Assembly: GCA_963719945.1 (NCBI GenBank)
Contig: CAVRDX010000003.1
Location: 96,001 to 160,000 of the forward strand
Direction of reading: 5' to 3'
Length of the DNA stretch: 64,000 nt
DNA from: an uncultured Thermoplasmata archaeon
Lineage (GTDB): Archaea; Thermoplasmatota; Thermoplasmata; UBA10834
Positions 19,551 through 30,016 of this stretch are shown piece after piece. Below the pieces are notes generated by a model, which was not told the DNA's origin, searched no databases, and saw nothing but the letters and a program-made list of their open reading frames with translations. The position numbers and the translations under genes were made by a program. Every line of letters begins with the position of its first letter. Positions within the stretch are counted from its first letter, which is position 1.

Positions 19551-21005
19551 TCACGCGTGCTTGAATATCTGGCTTCCGTCGCTGTTCAATATTCCGTATT
19601 TCGTGGTGACTTCTCCCACTCTCGTGGCAGCATCCTTTTCCAGCAGCGGTGGCAAGTGTGATTCGAGTATCGTTCTTACCTTCCTCTTCGCATGCTCGAT
19701 CATATCGTCTGTCGACCTGCTGACCAGACTCTGATCGTGATGCCCAGTCACCTGCGGGATGAGCAACTCTTTTCTCATATGCTTCAGAGTGTGTGGGTCC
19801 GATAGGAACGTGCCTCCAGGGCCCTGCCTCTGGATGGCATCGAATCCGATCCTGTCATCATCTATCTCGACCCCTCTTCTCAATCTCTCGAGCCATCTCC
19901 ACGCCTCGCAGTCCATCACGAGCTTCTCCTTGGATACGATCGATGCGCGGTCCATGCCACCAAGGCCGACCATGAGGTCCGAACCGGAAAGGATCGATGC
20001 CATCGAAGTCACCCCTGTCTGAAACCCTGACTCGAACATCAGGAAACGCGAGGCGTTGGACGGCCCGCCAGCACACGATGGCAATCCGTAATGTTTCGCC
20101 ATCTCGATTGCTGCGACATCCATTAGCACTCCCTCCGGAGTTCCACAGAGGAACACGCCTGATCTGAGATCGGTGACTCCAGAAAACGACGAGTATATGC
20201 AAGGCGCTCCTCGACTTGCGACCTGCGACATCGTGATACCACAGAGGTTCTCGGCGGCGATGATTGCCACTGATCCTGCAAGGGAGACCGGGGTCACCGA
20301 CCCTGCAATCGCCATTGAGAGATGTACGACAGGGACGCCTGCCTTCGCGAGGGTGACCAAAGCCTCTGCCTCGCCACGGTCGTATCTGAGTGGGGATATG
20401 GGGGTGCACACATCGGAGAATATGGGTCGCTTCCTGAGTTCCTCCTCTCCGCCGAGAATCGCAGCTGCGACCTCTATCTGGAACCTCGCCTCCTCGACTG
20501 ACGCAGCGCCATGCTGTATGTGTTTTGAACAGTGTGTGATCGCCGCGAGGAACTCATAGAACGAGGACCGGTCGGACGGCATATCCGTTGCGACGACCGG
20601 TGGCCAGACGAAATCGACCTCAGGGAGCGCATCTGCGATCAAGCACAGGTCTATCAGATCCTTGAGTTTCGATGATCTCTTCGTCCCTGTCTCAAGATCG
20701 AATATGGCAGGAGGTTGTCCATCGGTGGATATCAGTTGGACTCCATCATCCGGGATCTCGTAGTCAGTGCCCCTTCTGGAGCATATCCTCACCTTCTTCG
20801 GCGCAGATTGAAGGGCATCTCTTATGAGGGACTCTCCGAGGTGCGCCAGCTGTTTGTCTGGATCCACCTTCGCCCCGGCTCTGTCGAGCAGTTGAAGAAC
20901 TGCTGGACTTTCCACCCTCACCCCAGTCTCTTCCAGCACTCTCAGAGCTGTCTGATGTATGGTCTCCCTGTCATCTCTTGAGAGCACGCTCATGCTCGTC
21001 GTCAT
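19551..21005 (-). CDS. Trimethylamine methyltransferase (MttB) family protein, non-pyrrolysine
   Basis: IHQTALRVLEETGV, ISPLRY, PVSLAG...AENLCG, GPGGTFLSDPHT. No internal TAG. Confidence 0.88.
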   Translation of the reverse strand: MTTSMSVLSRDDRETIHQTALRVLEETGVRVESPAVLQLLDRAGAKVDPDKQLAHLGESLIRDALQSAPKKVRICSRRGTDYEIPDDGVQLISTDGQPPAIFDLETGTKRSSKLKDLIDLCLIADALPEVDFVWPPVVATDMPSDRSSFYEFLAAITHCSKHIQHGAASVEEARFQIEVAAAILGGEEELRKRPIFSDVCTPISPLRYDRGEAEALVTLAKAGVPVVHLSMAIAGSVTPVSLAGSVAIIAAENLCGITMSQVASRGAPCIYSSFSGVTDLRSGVFLCGTPEGVLMDVAAIEMAKHYGLPSCAGGPSNASRFLMFESGFQTGVTSMASILSGSDLMVGLGGMDRASIVSKEKLVMDCEAWRWLERLRRGVEIDDDRIGFDAIQRQGPGGTFLSDPHTLKHMRKELLIPQVTGHHDQSLVSRSTDDMIEHAKRKVRTILESHLPPLLEKDAATRVGEVTTKYGILNSDGSQIFKHA

Positions 21006-21260
21006 AGGTCCTTCCTCCTCCGTCTATCGGGCGCCGCAGGATCCCCTGAGAAACTCACCTGCAGCGGTTAATCCAAGATGCATGATTACTAGATTAACGC
21101 TCCGGGCCCCCTTTGCTGACTCCCGATTTAGCCTTTGCGATATTCTTATCTTGGCTACTCTGAAACCTCGGCTCAGCCATCCCGACACGCGTTCGATGAT
21201 AATCACCCGAAAACTATTACTCCCTCGACATGGCTCACACCAACCTCAGAGGGTGCCCCT

Positions 21261-21989
21261 ATGGGTTTGAACATGGCTATCACTGAATTGAATTCAGAAA
21301 AAGCGCTGTGCAAGAAGAAGAAGATGACACTGGCCAAAGTGTATGTGGACGATCCCGCGAAGTGGGGTTCGTTGGTCGAGCTGGATAAGATCGTCGACCT
21401 GAAGAAGGCTGCCGCCAAGCTCGGACAGGACAAACTGGGCGAGATCCTGAAGAGGAGCCGGCTCAAGCCCGAAGGTGACGAGATCCACGCAGAGAAGGTC
21501 AAGGATGCCAACGACCAGAAGACGTTGGAACCATTCACTAGCGATGTGAAGACGAACTGGATCCTCATGGAGAAGGTGCCGGATTCTAAGAAGAAGGACG
21601 TGATCGCTGCTGCGAAGATGAACAACTCGGTGACGGAATGGGACCTCGTCGAGTTCGATGACATGTACGCGACCTGTGCCAAGTGTGGTCTGTCATGGGA
21701 CAACAAGAAGGGGTGCGTTGGTAATTTTGGTCCGAGTGGATCACCGGTTCCTGAACTCGCAAAGAAGAACGGATTGACTCTCCTGTCAAAAGTCAATGAG
21801 CACGCCGAGGGGAAGAAGGTGCTGACTTCGAAGGATGCCGAGAAGCTGCTGTCCGAGATCAAGGTGCTGAGGGAGAAGACCCCTGCTGAGGGTAAGATGA
21901 TGGTCCGCAGGATCGAAGGCACTCTCAACAGGCTCGAAGCCATGGCGAAGTGTGTCAAGGAATATGATGTAGGGTTCTACTTCTTCTGA
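21261..21989 (+). CDS. Lys-rich hypothetical protein with CxxC...C motif
   Basis: Genome-typical codon usage, GAGGGTG RBS, TCAKCGLSWDNKKGC. Confidence 0.75.
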   Translation: MGLNMAITELNSEKALCKKKKMTLAKVYVDDPAKWGSLVELDKIVDLKKAAAKLGQDKLGEILKRSRLKPEGDEIHAEKVKDANDQKTLEPFTSDVKTNWILMEKVPDSKKKDVIAAAKMNNSVTEWDLVEFDDMYATCAKCGLSWDNKKGCVGNFGPSGSPVPELAKKNGLTLLSKVNEHAEGKKVLTSKDAEKLLSEIKVLREKTPAEGKMMVRRIEGTLNRLEAMAKCVKEYDVGFYFF

Positions 21990-21991
21990 GC

Positions 21992-23095
21992 GTGGGAAGT
22001 GACTTCTTGGGCCACGAGGACGTCCCCGACGATGTGATGCGGCCGTCTATCTTGCGTATCGATTCCCCAGAGGGGACGCTCTCGCTCGAGATAATGCCCA
22101 TCCGGCCAGGTGTCGGTCGGGCTTTCGTCAGAAATTCCCCCAGGACGCTCAGGCTGAACTCGACCAGTTCCAAACAACTCAATGATGCCTTGCTCGGGAC
22201 AGGACTTAATCGCATATTGCTGGCGGATAACAAGAAGAGGATCGTCCAGAGTGCGTTGTCTCCTTACGGATGGTCCACGAAGAGGGCGGTCGCTCCGATA
22301 GTGGACCACAAGTGCACTGTCTGCACGACCTACGACCTCCCTTTGGACGAGAACCTTCGCGATGACAATGGCGCAATCCCACAACTCCGAGAAACGAATC
22401 ACATGATGGGTATCGGGATCAACCTTGGTATTAGTAGGACTGCGTGGGGGTTCTATACGGACGACGGAGAGACTGCTAGGATCGTTTCGGAAGGGTCGCG
22501 GAAGCAGGGCATGATGGTGGCATCGAGCGAGGAGGACCTCGAGCGAGCCGCTGAATGCCTGGTCAGGTTCCTGGCCGCTTCCAGGAAGAGATGGGCCGTG
22601 TTCTCGACCAACATGGGCAGGTTCATTCGACCCTATGACCCGATGGTCATGTGGCGAATGGTGTTAGACGATCCGAAAGGTCACAATCATTCGGTTAGGC
22701 CACTCTCGAAGGACAATCGCAAGGCTATGACCAGATTGTTCTCCGAATACTACGATGAGGGTATGTTGTCGGCTTCGATGCGCCTCAGGCGAATGTCCGC
22801 TGACAAGAACTACTCTCAGTTCGTGACCGATGGCGGATTCGTCATTGTCCGCAAGGAAGGCGAGACCGGCCTCATATACGACATCTATGTAACGCCTTCC
22901 AGACAAGGTGAAGGTATAGGTGGCGAGCTCATGCGTTGTGCTCTGTCTTCACTGGCTGGACGTACCACATCGGTCTACCTTCACACCAGTTATCCGCGGG
23001 CGAAGGCGCTATATGAGAGGTTCGGGTTCAAAGCAGTCTATTCGCAGTTGGCGGTCAGACTGGACGAATTGGTCCTGGAGCCACCCTCAACCTAG
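21992..23095 (+). CDS. GNAT-family N-acetyltransferase (C-terminal GNAT domain)
   Basis: IYVTPSRQGEGIG (motif A) and AKALYERFGF (motif B). Confidence 0.85.
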   Translation: MGSDFLGHEDVPDDVMRPSILRIDSPEGTLSLEIMPIRPGVGRAFVRNSPRTLRLNSTSSKQLNDALLGTGLNRILLADNKKRIVQSALSPYGWSTKRAVAPIVDHKCTVCTTYDLPLDENLRDDNGAIPQLRETNHMMGIGINLGISRTAWGFYTDDGETARIVSEGSRKQGMMVASSEEDLERAAECLVRFLAASRKRWAVFSTNMGRFIRPYDPMVMWRMVLDDPKGHNHSVRPLSKDNRKAMTRLFSEYYDEGMLSASMRLRRMSADKNYSQFVTDGGFVIVRKEGETGLIYDIYVTPSRQGEGIGGELMRCALSSLAGRTTSVYLHTSYPRAKALYERFGFKAVYSQLAVRLDELVLEPPST

Positions 23096-23158
23096 AAATA
23101 TCAAAACCCCAATCACTCGGTCCGTGGCAGTATCGCCGACCCAAAGGGGGAGGTCCAG

Positions 23159-24316
23159 TTGATAGGCAAGGACAAGATTCTCAGCGTCCTAGAGAGCTAT
23201 GATCTGAAGAAGGCCAAGATCGGCATGGTGGCATCCCACTCTGCTCTGGATGTATGTGACGGGGCCGTGGAGGAAGGTTTCAGGACCCTGGGCATATGCC
23301 AGGCTGGCAGAGAGAAGACCTACAGCCGATATTTCAAGAGTCAGCGAGATGCAAACGGCAAGGTGGTCCGAGGCGTCGTGGATGAGTGCTGGGTCTTGAA
23401 GAAGTTCAATGAGATGATGGAACCCAAGTTCCAGGACAAGCTGAGGAAGGAGAATGTCATCTTCGTCCCGAACAGATCCTTCACATCCTATGTCCCCCTA
23501 GACCGTATCGAGAACGAGTTCGAGATACCGCTCATGGGCACAAGGAGCCTTCTGAGGAGCGAGGAACGCGGCGAGGAGAGAGATTACTATTGGTTGCTCG
23601 AGAAGGCCGGGCTGCCCTTCCCGAAGAGGATAAAGGACCCAAACGACATCGACCGTTTGGTCATCGTCAAGCTGCATCACAAGGTCAAGAAGCTCGAACG
23701 CGGGTTCTTCACCGCGGCTTCCTACAAAGAGTACAGGGAGAAGTCTAGAGCGCTCATATATGACAATGTCATCACCGAAGAGGACCTCATGGATGCGAGG
23801 ATAGAGGAGTATGTCATCGGTCCCGTGTTCAACCTCGATTTCTTCTACTCTCCTCTGGAGAGTAAGATGGAACGGATAGAGCTCATAGGTGTCGATTGGA
23901 GGTTCGAGACCTCATTGGACGGTCATGTCCGACTGCCTGCACCTCAGCAGATGACGCTTGTTGGTCAGCAGGCCACTCCGGAGTATACTGTCTGTGGACA
24001 CAATTCTGCTACCATGCGTGAGTCATTGATAGAGGGCGCCTTCGATCTGGCCGAGAAGTATGTGAACGCGACGAAAGAACATTATCCTCCAGGGATAATC
24101 GGTCCGTTCTGCCTCCAGACCTGCGTAGACAAGGATCTGAAGTTCTTCATATACGATGTCGCACCGCGTGTAGGCGGCGGCACGAACGTGCACATGTCCG
24201 TCGGGCATCCATATGGGAACACCACGTGGCGGACAAATATGAGCACTGGACGACGTCTGGCACTCGAGATCAGAAGAGCCATCGATACCGATCAATTGGA
24301 CAAGATTGTGACCTGA
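23159..24316 (+). CDS. purP: Formate--phosphoribosylaminoimidazolecarboxamide ligase family (ATP-grasp)
   Basis: ASHSALD, VPNRSF, LERGFF, GIIGPFCLQ, DVAPRVGGGT, MSTGRR. Confidence 0.92.
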   Translation: MIGKDKILSVLESYDLKKAKIGMVASHSALDVCDGAVEEGFRTLGICQAGREKTYSRYFKSQRDANGKVVRGVVDECWVLKKFNEMMEPKFQDKLRKENVIFVPNRSFTSYVPLDRIENEFEIPLMGTRSLLRSEERGEERDYYWLLEKAGLPFPKRIKDPNDIDRLVIVKLHHKVKKLERGFFTAASYKEYREKSRALIYDNVITEEDLMDARIEEYVIGPVFNLDFFYSPLESKMERIELIGVDWRFETSLDGHVRLPAPQQMTLVGQQATPEYTVCGHNSATMRESLIEGAFDLAEKYVNATKEHYPPGIIGPFCLQTCVDKDLKFFIYDVAPRVGGGTNVHMSVGHPYGNTTWRTNMSTGRRLALEIRRAIDTDQLDKIVT

Positions 24317-24469
24317 GTCCTATCGTCCTGACTAGTCTGGCCTGCTGGCAATATCTCTAATACGCGCGCGGGCCCCCTAAAGCTTATAAAGGGGCACTCT
24401 ATTCGCCGAAATACCTTTCTCACAAGGGGGTACGTTGGTTTGAAACCCGCGGAGAGGGGGGGCAATTGA

Positions 24470-27469
24470 ATGAAGACAGGTGCAATGAGTAAGCTATCAG
24501 CCAGCATCATCGTGCTGGTAATGGCGATGTCCGCCTTGATCATCCTTCCAGGATCGAACGAGGGCGCACTGCCAAGTGGGGTGAAAATATATGTGCCCGT
24601 ATCCGACGGGTCTGGAGTATCATCGGGTGTTACGGTCACCCTGACGAACGTGCACACTGGGGAGGTCATTCAAGCTCCCTACGCTTCGCCAGGTATGTTC
24701 GTTGCCACGAACGCTCCATCGGGATATTACAGGGTAGATGTGACCTCTGGCGATCATTGGGACCTTTGGGGTGCCAAGGAGTTCAGGTACGACGGTCTCA
24801 CCAACTATACTGTCACTCCCGTCATCACTTTGGATGCATTCCCGGACAAGGTCTATACATGGAATGTGACTGTCAGGGACGCATCGAGCAGTGCCAAGAT
24901 ATCCGGCGCGACCGTCGGGTTCTACGATCCGGCCCTGGACGAGATAGTCGCTGAGGCCACCACCGATTCGCTCGGTCTGGCCTCTGTGAACATGTTCAGC
25001 TCCGCGACGCCTGGAGATTATGCGCTGTTCATTAAGGCGAAGAACTACAGGATGTATTATGATGATACGGTCACGGTCACTTCCGACAGTTTCCCAAGCT
25101 TGACTGTTGTGAAATCTGTCAGAGTAACTGGTCTCGTGACTGATGAGGATGGCCCAGCGCCAAATGTTGTGGCGTACCTTCTCAGCAACGACACGTCCTT
25201 GCCATGGATTGAGCGCTTGATGAAGAGCTCGACTGGCGGGAGCTTCTTCGAATTCGATGCGGTTCCGGGTGACTATACCCTCTGTGTCGATGCAGATGGA
25301 GTATCCGCATACATGGAATATCTGACGGTAGGTGCAACCGCGATATCGCTGACTCTCGACCTCGATGCTCAGACGCAGAGGACCGAGCAGGTCGCGATGG
25401 AATTCGGTGCTGACTACAATACTTTCTCGTTGGGTCTCGATACCGTCTGGTCCTATGATGACGCATACCCTGGCCTGAAGTACGCCGACATCGGCAGCCT
25501 CAGGATGCAGATAGATTTGAGCGCTGGATCTCCTAACGGCATGATAGATTCAGGCGAGATCGTCGCATTCACTGCAATGGTCTCGACTCAGGCCGCGATC
25601 CATGTGTCGACCGATGCGCTCATTGAAGTGAACGATACAGTGTTCAAGTCTGCTACCTCTGTAACTGGTCTGGTCGTCGGATTATCGACGGGGCTGGTCA
25701 CTTCGACCGGTGGAGTCGCCTACTCGTATGATTGTGCTTACACATCCGTCAACACATTGGATGTCGGTGCTGAGGAGTACACCTCAACCGCATACACGAG
25801 ATACGATACTGCATCCGTGGACTACGTCTACTCGATCGAACTGCCTTCCGGATATGAACTCGTCTACAACAACACCGAGGAGACCGGGGAGCATGTTGCA
25901 TCCTACGGATATCTGACGGTGGTCCTTGACCCTGAGGAGTACGTCGGCACCATGCAGGCCGTGAGCCTGGTCTTCGAAGAATGGAAGATGCCTGACGCGC
26001 TCGGAGGAGTCGATGACACCAACGTCACATATGTGATGACCGATGAGGACGGCAATGTCACTGGATATGTCGTGCGTGTGGGTTCCGAAGCGACCTTCAA
26101 TGCGACGAGTTCCTTCGATCCGAACAGCAACCCTCTGGAGTTCACATGGACCTTCGATGATGGTACCTCTGAGACTACGAGCGAGCTGACTGTCAACCAC
26201 ACATACACGACCGCATCCGCGAGCAGGACCGTGATCCTGGAGGTCACGGACGTGTCCGGCATGGTCAATCAGACTGAGATCGAGATCATCTGCGATGCGC
26301 GTGACCCGACCCCGGTGTTGAGCGTCAAGGAACTCACGGTCAACGAGACCACCAACACGCTCAAGGTCGACCAGAACGAACTCGTATGGTTCAACGCGAC
26401 AGATTCGAGTGACGATGTAGTCTCCGCAGACGACGGGCTCGGAATGATCGAGTCGTTCCAGATCGAATATGGCGAGGGCAATGTATCCGACCGTGTCTAC
26501 ATGACCGAGGATGAGAAGAACGTCTCGTATTCGTGGGAAGACTCCGGCACATACACCCTGGTCCTGAATGTCACTGATGTCGTGGGCCACTGGAAGAACA
26601 CCACGATGACTGTCATCGTCAACGACACATCGAGTCCCGATCCATCCTTCATAGTGAAGAACGAGTCATGGGGTTCGAGCCTGATCGAGGGCGAAGTCAT
26701 CATATTCAATGCGAACGCGACCAAGGACAACATCGACAACAACAGTGCGCTGTACTTCTCTTGGTACTTCAACGACGACCTTGGTGCTGATTCGTGGCTC
26801 AACGGTACTGGACTCTGGAATGTCACGCACACCTTCGAGGTCAGTGGCAGCTACGCAGTCAGGTTGAATGTGACAGACAGCTCGGACAACTGGGACGGAT
26901 ACACCAAGACTGTGACCATAAGCGCTGGCCCGAGGCCCAATGTGATCATCGACCAGATAACATTCGATCCAGTCGAGTTCACCGAGGACTCTCAGGGATT
27001 CATCGTTGTGAACATCACGAACAGTGGCAGCGCAGTAGCCACCGATATCGTGGTGAAGTTCTACATCGAGAACGCAGATGGCACTGAGGACGAGCTGGGG
27101 ACATGGTCCACCATACTGAACCGCACAACAGGCGCGACCATAACCACACTCGAGATCGACGGCACGGCTGTCGTGAAGTTCCCGTACACCTTCAGCAGCC
27201 CAGGTACATACACGGTGAAGGTCAACGTGACCTCCGACAACCAGCTAGTGGTCGATGAGAACACCTCGGACATCACGGTCAAGGAAGCCGGGTGGAAGAA
27301 GATCGCCCTATGGGGCGGTGTCGCCGCTGTGATCATCCTGGTTCCGCTCCTACTCTTCCTGCGCGGCAGGTGGATGAAGAGGGACAAGAGAGGCCCGAGG
27401 CGCGAGAAGCAGAAGAAGGAGAAGCAGCAGAAGGAAAAGAAGCAGCAGAAGGAAGAAGAACAATCCTGA
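24470..27469 (+). CDS. Large surface glycoprotein with PKD/CARDB Ig-like domains and C-terminal TM anchor
   Basis: Signal peptide, PKD motifs (FTWTFDDG...NHTY; WYFND...THTF), many NxT/S sequons, TM helix and charged tail. Confidence 0.85.
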   Translation: MKTGAMSKLSASIIVLVMAMSALIILPGSNEGALPSGVKIYVPVSDGSGVSSGVTVTLTNVHTGEVIQAPYASPGMFVATNAPSGYYRVDVTSGDHWDLWGAKEFRYDGLTNYTVTPVITLDAFPDKVYTWNVTVRDASSSAKISGATVGFYDPALDEIVAEATTDSLGLASVNMFSSATPGDYALFIKAKNYRMYYDDTVTVTSDSFPSLTVVKSVRVTGLVTDEDGPAPNVVAYLLSNDTSLPWIERLMKSSTGGSFFEFDAVPGDYTLCVDADGVSAYMEYLTVGATAISLTLDLDAQTQRTEQVAMEFGADYNTFSLGLDTVWSYDDAYPGLKYADIGSLRMQIDLSAGSPNGMIDSGEIVAFTAMVSTQAAIHVSTDALIEVNDTVFKSATSVTGLVVGLSTGLVTSTGGVAYSYDCAYTSVNTLDVGAEEYTSTAYTRYDTASVDYVYSIELPSGYELVYNNTEETGEHVASYGYLTVVLDPEEYVGTMQAVSLVFEEWKMPDALGGVDDTNVTYVMTDEDGNVTGYVVRVGSEATFNATSSFDPNSNPLEFTWTFDDGTSETTSELTVNHTYTTASASRTVILEVTDVSGMVNQTEIEIICDARDPTPVLSVKELTVNETTNTLKVDQNELVWFNATDSSDDVVSADDGLGMIESFQIEYGEGNVSDRVYMTEDEKNVSYSWEDSGTYTLVLNVTDVVGHWKNTTMTVIVNDTSSPDPSFIVKNESWGSSLIEGEVIIFNANATKDNIDNNSALYFSWYFNDDLGADSWLNGTGLWNVTHTFEVSGSYAVRLNVTDSSDNWDGYTKTVTISAGPRPNVIIDQITFDPVEFTEDSQGFIVVNITNSGSAVATDIVVKFYIENADGTEDELGTWSTILNRTTGATITTLEIDGTAVVKFPYTFSSPGTYTVKVNVTSDNQLVVDENTSDITVKEAGWKKIALWGGVAAVIILVPLLLFLRGRWMKRDKRGPRREKQKKEKQQKEKKQQKEEEQS

Positions 27470-27520
27470 TCTGTCTGAATCTCAAAACCTGCGAAACCTC
27501 TTAACCCTCCTTTTCATTTC

Positions 27521-28294
27521 TTGTCATGTATCAGCATGCGCGAACCATCTTGGCGTCTGGTCGACAGCGGCATAGTATCCCCTGCGATTTCTGGAGCCTT
27601 GGACGAAGCCATCCTGGAGGCACATTCCAGAGGACTGGTCCCAAACACCCTCCACTTCTACATACGTGCCTCGCCCACGGTATCAGTGGGCCATTTCCAG
27701 AAGGTGAACGAGACCCTGGATTTGAATGAGTGCAGGGATCGTGGAGTCAGCGTCATCAGGCGTCGTTCGGGCGGGAGTTCGATATATACAGATTCAGGAC
27801 AGCTGATCTATGCCGTCGTGCTCTCCCGCTCCGACATACCGGCGACACCGGAGAAGTCATTTGAGGTCCTGTGCACGATCATCTCCAAGGCCATATCGTC
27901 CTTCGGAATCGATGCCAGGTATCGGCCTGTGAACGATGTCGAGATCGGCGGCAAGAAGGTCTCAGGGAGCGCCCAGCTGAGGAGAAAGGGTTCGGTCCTT
28001 CAGCACGGGACCGTTCTTGTCGACACGGATTTCGGGGTCATGGACTCGGTGCTGAGGTTGGACCGAGAAAGGAATCCAGGACTATCCAGACCGTCTGATC
28101 GCATGACAACGCTGTCCCGCGCCCTTGGCATGACCCCAGATATGATGGACGTGAAGTCGCGAATGCAGAGAGCATTTTCCGAACATTTGGGATCCGAACT
28201 CGTTCGAGATGAATTGTCAAGGTTCGAAGCGGATCTTGTGAACGAACTGGTCGGAACCCACTATTCCAAGGATGAGTGGAATCTGAAGTTCTGA
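27521..28294 (+). CDS. lplA: Lipoate-protein ligase A family (catalytic domain only)
   Basis: RRRSGGSSIY, NDVEIGGKKVSGSAQ, LQHGT. Confidence 0.88.
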   Translation: MSCISMREPSWRLVDSGIVSPAISGALDEAILEAHSRGLVPNTLHFYIRASPTVSVGHFQKVNETLDLNECRDRGVSVIRRRSGGSSIYTDSGQLIYAVVLSRSDIPATPEKSFEVLCTIISKAISSFGIDARYRPVNDVEIGGKKVSGSAQLRRKGSVLQHGTVLVDTDFGVMDSVLRLDRERNPGLSRPSDRMTTLSRALGMTPDMMDVKSRMQRAFSEHLGSELVRDELSRFEADLVNELVGTHYSKDEWNLKF

Positions 28295-28295
28295 A

Positions 28296-30014
28296 CTACA
28301 TTTCATCGGGCGCGTCTATGCCAAGGCACATCAGAACATTTCTGAGCGTCCACCTGCTAGCTTCTACCAGTGCGAGCCGGGCTTCCCTGTTTTCTCCTTC
28401 CGCTTTGAGGACCGGGATATATCTGTAGAATTGATTGAACTGTGCCGCGAGCTCCTGAGCGTATGCGGCGAGGGGATGTGCCCTCCTGTTCTCAGCGCAA
28501 TCCTCGATGATCGATGGGAAGCTCGATATGAGCTTGACCAAAGCCTTCTCATGGTCGGTGATCAGGTGCCTTGCATCGAACTTGCCGCTCAGTCCATCAG
28601 CCTTGTTCATGATCGAGCACGCACGCGCGTGTGCATATTGAACGAACGGCGCACTCGCGCCTTCGAAATTGAGTGCATCTTCCCATTTGAAGACTATCTG
28701 CTTCTCCGCCTGTATCCTGATTATATTGTACCTAAGCGATCCGACACCAACGACGCGCGCGATCCTCATCATCTTCTCCTCTGAGATGTCGGGCCTTCTC
28801 TTCTTGACTTCCTCGTACGCGCGATCGGTCGCCTCTTCGATCAAGTCGTCTATGTAGACGACCAGTCCCTTGCGCGTCGACATCCTGCCTTCTGGCAGGG
28901 AGACGAACGAATAGAACACGACATCGGGTTTCCTATCCACACCCATGATCTTCAGCGCGGCCGCCAGCTCCAGCATCCCGAGTTTCTGGTCTTCGCCAAG
29001 CACGTTGATCGGTATGTCAGTCCTGCTGAACTTGTCCAAGTGATATGCGAGGTCTCTCGTGGTATAGAGTGAGGTGCCATCGGACCTCGTGAACACCCAT
29101 TTAGTCTCTCTTCCGCTTATCCCGAAGCTCTCTAGCTCGAGGTGATACGCGCCATCCACCTCGACGCAGAACTCTGATCTCTTCAGCGTCTCGATCACTC
29201 GATCGACGCTGCCATCCTGGACGAACTTCGATTCCCAAGTAGTTCCATCGTATTCGATGTTCAATCTCTTCATGCTCTTCTTTATCTCTTGGAGCACGCG
29301 CTCGCAGTTCTCTCGTGCGATGGCGACGGTCTCCTCGTCCCCGTGCTCGAGCTTGAAGAGCATCTCGTCCATCTGTTTCAGGACTGCAGGATCTTCCTCT
29401 GCGCACTTGTTCGCCTTCTGGTAATATAGGACATAACGGTAGTGGTCCGCATCCCTGTCGGGCTCCTCATCGAGCTTGAGGTGTTTCACGCCCCAGGTCA
29501 TCACAACCACCTGTCGGCCAACATCGTTCACGTAGAATTCGGTGGAGACATCGTATCCCGCCATGCGCATCACTCGTGCCAGAGTGTCGCCGATGATCGG
29601 GTTCCTCGCCCGGCCCACATGCAGCGGGCCTGTGGGGTTGGCGCTCGTGTGTTCCAACAATATCTTCTCTTTCCTCGGCTCGCCAGCGCCATATCCGTCC
29701 TTCATGGCAAGAACGTCCTCGAGGACTGATTGGGCTAACCCCTCATATTTGACATGGAAATTGACATACCCGCCATTTGCCTCGACCTTGTCTATTAGGT
29801 CGCCAGCCGGGATCGATGAGGCTAGCTCTTGGGCGATGATGTTGGGCGCCTTCCTCATCTGCTTTGCCAATGGGAAGCACGGGAACGCTAGGTCTCCCAT
29901 CCCCTCAGGGGCCCTGTCGAGCACTATAGGTGAATCGACTCCAAACTTCGCGAATGCATTTTTCAAAGCCGTCGAAACCTCAGCTTTGAATCCGCTGAAC
30001 GGGTCTGAAACCAT
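28296..30014 (-). CDS. argS: Arginine--tRNA ligase
   Basis: EHTSANPTGPLHVGRARN, MSTRKG, QYAHARACSI. Confidence 0.97.
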   Translation of the reverse strand: MVSDPFSGFKAEVSTALKNAFAKFGVDSPIVLDRAPEGMGDLAFPCFPLAKQMRKAPNIIAQELASSIPAGDLIDKVEANGGYVNFHVKYEGLAQSVLEDVLAMKDGYGAGEPRKEKILLEHTSANPTGPLHVGRARNPIIGDTLARVMRMAGYDVSTEFYVNDVGRQVVVMTWGVKHLKLDEEPDRDADHYRYVLYYQKANKCAEEDPAVLKQMDEMLFKLEHGDEETVAIARENCERVLQEIKKSMKRLNIEYDGTTWESKFVQDGSVDRVIETLKRSEFCVEVDGAYHLELESFGISGRETKWVFTRSDGTSLYTTRDLAYHLDKFSRTDIPINVLGEDQKLGMLELAAALKIMGVDRKPDVVFYSFVSLPEGRMSTRKGLVVYIDDLIEEATDRAYEEVKKRRPDISEEKMMRIARVVGVGSLRYNIIRIQAEKQIVFKWEDALNFEGASAPFVQYAHARACSIMNKADGLSGKFDARHLITDHEKALVKLISSFPSIIEDCAENRRAHPLAAYAQELAAQFNQFYRYIPVLKAEGENREARLALVEASRWTLRNVLMCLGIDAPDEM

Positions 30015-30016
30015 AC

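Noticed and set aside
27400-27465. GAAGCAGCAGAAG purine-rich repeat
   Set aside because: It encodes the low-complexity K/Q/E tail of the PKD protein and is not a separate element.
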